Below are positions 22,111-24,000 of a stretch of 24,000 bases of DNA, piece by piece (within the stretch, counting starts at the first letter, position 1; every line of letters starts with the position of its first letter). The DNA lies in sequence record PQ564427.1; one strand, 5' to 3'. This DNA is from Raoultella phage Ra_O-1. The translations under genes and the position numbers were made by a program. Below the pieces are notes generated by a model. It had not been told where the DNA came from and did not search any database. It saw only the letters and a list, made by a program, of their open reading frames with translations.

Positions 22111-22755
22111 ATGTCTAAAGTAACTTACATCATCAAAGCTTCCGAAGATGCTCTGAACGAGAAAACTGCTGCTATCCTGGTTCAGGTAGCTAAAAAAGAT
22201 TTTATCACTTCTTCTGAACTGCGTGAAATCCTTGAAGAAACCATGAACGCAAGTTCTGTAAACTCAAACATCGGTGTTCTGATTAAGAAAGGTCTTATCG
22301 AGAAATCTGGTGACGGTTTAATCATCACTGGTGAAGCACAAGACATCATCTCTAAAGCGGCAGTTATCTATGCAGAAGAGAACAAGCCTGAACTTCTGAA
22401 GAAACGCAATACTCGTAAAGCTCGTCCTCTGACTGAAGATATGAATGAGCACAAAGACCTGATGATGAAACTTCTCGGTGAGATGGAAGATATCTTACCT
22501 CTGAAAGAACTTACTGTTTACCGTAGTAACTATATCGCAGTTCTGGAAAAACGCACCTTCGGTATTCGTAGTCTTGAAGTTAACAACAAAGGCACTTTCC
22601 GCATCTTCGGTTACAAAATTTCTGAAGAGCATCAGAAACACTTCACTGACCTCGGAATGTCTTGCCGTGTAGCTGCAACAGGCAATACTTACTTAGATAT
22701 CGCCCGTACTGCTGAAAACATTGAAACCATCATCCGCTCTATTAAGGAACTGTAA
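22111..22755 (+). CDS. motA: Middle transcription activator MotA
   Basis: MSKVTYIIKASEDALNEKTAAILV.VAKKDFITSSE, VNSNIGVLIKKGLIEKSGDGLIITGEAQDIIS, YRSNYIAVLEKRTFGIR, FRIFGYK match T4 MotA as remembered; ATG start 22111 after GGAG. Confidence 0.96.
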   Translation: MSKVTYIIKASEDALNEKTAAILVQVAKKDFITSSELREILEETMNASSVNSNIGVLIKKGLIEKSGDGLIITGEAQDIISKAAVIYAEENKPELLKKRNTRKARPLTEDMNEHKDLMMKLLGEMEDILPLKELTVYRSNYIAVLEKRTFGIRSLEVNNKGTFRIFGYKISEEHQKHFTDLGMSCRVAATGNTYLDIARTAENIETIIRSIKEL

Positions 22756-23096
22756 TGAACAAGTTTAAAGTATTGAATGAACTTCAGCGTTGTGTAGAAA
22801 AAGTTAACTTGAATGCTAATATCCCAACTGATTGTTGGGATGTATGGTTCCGTGGGCACTTTATCGGATACATTGATAAGAAATTCGCAAAATGCTATGC
22901 TATCTACAATGCAGATGGTAAACATATCATGGATGTAGATAATTACCAAAAGGCCCTTGCTAAATTTGTTCCAATTGCGGAAGCTGTTAACTCAATGGAG
23001 TGGTTAGAGAAAATGCAGGGTGAACCTGTTATTCGTCAAATTGGTATTCGTGAAAAGAAAAGTTTGTGGCAGAAAATTAAAGGATTCTTTAAATGA
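22755..23096 (+). CDS. Hypothetical protein, 113 aa
   Basis: TAATG coupling with motA. Confidence 0.75.
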   Translation: MNKFKVLNELQRCVEKVNLNANIPTDCWDVWFRGHFIGYIDKKFAKCYAIYNADGKHIMDVDNYQKALAKFVPIAEAVNSMEWLEKMQGEPVIRQIGIREKKSLWQKIKGFFK

Positions 23097-23272
23097 CTGA
23101 ACAAGAAATTAATGATTTGATTATGAATCTTGTGAAAGATATTAATACCCGGGCTCTTCACAAATACCAAAATGGTGAAGCATGGACAATTGCAGACTGC
23201 AAGAAAGGTGCAGACCATGGCCGTGAAGTTATTAAAACCTTTAACGAGAAGTTGGTCAAATGCGTAATGTAA
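23093..23272 (+). CDS. Hypothetical protein, 59 aa (MTEQEINDLIMNLVKDINTRALHKYQNGEAWTIADCKKGADHGREVIKTFNEKLVKCVM)
   Basis: ATGA overlap with the previous ORF; absent from supplied track. Confidence 0.6.
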   Translation: MTEQEINDLIMNLVKDINTRALHKYQNGEAWTIADCKKGADHGREVIKTFNEKLVKCVM

Positions 23273-23622
23273 ATAGCGAAATTCCAGAAATCTGCTTTAA
23301 AGTAGCTGATTGGTGGGATGGACGATTACTTCAACGTCGTATCGTTTGTGCAGCAAATCGTTTTGAATTGAAAACTGGTGGAACAATTGTAGTTCCAGGC
23401 ACTCGCCACTATTCTGTTGATATGGCGAACGTTTTAGATATGTTTCGCGATAAATTGGTTTCTGATCATGTCCATGGAGACAATCAAGGATTTGTTGACC
23501 AATGGGGTGAGTACTTCACGCGTGAAGAAGCATTAATCATCGCTACACATGCAGGTCAAGTTAATACAGTTCGTCCTAAATCAGGACCAGCCAATGAATT
23601 ATTCTCAGAGGATTTATACTAA
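23260..23622 (+). CDS. Hypothetical protein, 120 aa
   Basis: Long ORF in the motA operon, slight overlaps on both sides. Confidence 0.75.
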   Translation: MRNVNSEIPEICFKVADWWDGRLLQRRIVCAANRFELKTGGTIVVPGTRHYSVDMANVLDMFRDKLVSDHVHGDNQGFVDQWGEYFTREEALIIATHAGQVNTVRPKSGPANELFSEDLY

Positions 23623-23852
23623 TGATTAGTACATTAAAGAATAACATTACACTTTTAAAAATTCAACGTAAATCGCTTCAGCGCTCATTAGAAATGATGG
23701 ACAATAATTGGGGTACATATACCAATGAAGCCGGGTTTAAAATGGCAGACAGCAAATTCATGAAAACTCTCATGGATAAGGAATACATCTGCCGTTTAGC
23801 CATCCATTTAATGGCGGTGCTAAACCATTTCTTGCTGAAATGTACAAAATAA
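23622..23852 (+). CDS. Hypothetical protein, 76 aa
   Basis: TAATG coupling with the upstream ORF. Confidence 0.55.
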   Translation: MISTLKNNITLLKIQRKSLQRSLEMMDNNWGTYTNEAGFKMADSKFMKTLMDKEYICRLAIHLMAVLNHFLLKCTK

Positions 23853-23923
23853 TGACAGAAGAAATGATTAAAGATATTGACTATTACATCAAGGAACTTG
23901 AATGTAAGGAAGATAAAGCGTGA
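23852..23923 (+). CDS. Possible 23-aa peptide
   Basis: TAATG coupling; only length and position as support. Confidence 0.25.
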   Translation: MTEEMIKDIDYYIKELECKEDKA

Positions 23924-24000
23924 GAACAATAAGCGCCAAGGCAGATTACTTCAATAGCTTAAATCGTTCAGAAAAGGCTCAAATTAAACGGTTTATCTTG
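23920..24000 (+). CDS. Start of a possible ORF continuing past the window (VRTISAKADYFNSLNRSEKAQIKRFIL...)
   Basis: GTGA overlap with the preceding stop, open to the window end. Confidence 0.4.
   Translation, partial: MRTISAKADYFNSLNRSEKAQIKRFIL

Noticed and set aside
1-24000. CRISPR array, tRNAs, transposons, retron or diversity-generating elements
   Set aside because: No regularly spaced repeats, cloverleaf-like regions, transposase/integrase or reverse transcriptase motifs were seen by eye; small structures could still be missed without tools.

Overview
The window is a segment of a T4-like myovirus (Tevenvirinae/Straboviridae-type) early/middle region. All recognised genes are on the + strand, with one likely exception. 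Anchors recognised from remembered protein signatures (no database search was possible): C-terminus of replicative helicase gp41, primase gp61, dCTPase/dUTPase gp56, small outer capsid protein Soc, a ModA/ModB-type ADP-ribosyltransferase, an HNH-like protein, Dda helicase, DexA exonuclease, a MazG-like pyrophosphohydrolase, an FmdB-like zinc ribbon, an unsplit topoisomerase large subunit (T4 gp39+gp60), rIIA, rIIB, topoisomerase medium subunit gp52, and the middle-transcription activator MotA. Many small uncharacterised ORFs lie between them. The sequence carries readable regulatory structure. There are nine early-type promoters (GTTTAC-N18-TAnnAT), three MotA-like middle promoters (TGCTAT-N13-TATWAT), a perfect late promoter TATAAATA in front of soc, and several C(TTCG)G hairpins. 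No CRISPR array, tRNA, transposon or clear multi-gene defence system was found. The best leads are an opposite-strand small membrane gene with its own possible late promoter, palindromes centred on early -10 boxes (one 22-nt copy duplicated 17.5 kb apart), a cluster of tiny membrane proteins between rIIB and 52, two uncharacterised ORFs with nuclease-like motifs, and a solitary ModA-like ADP-ribosyltransferase.
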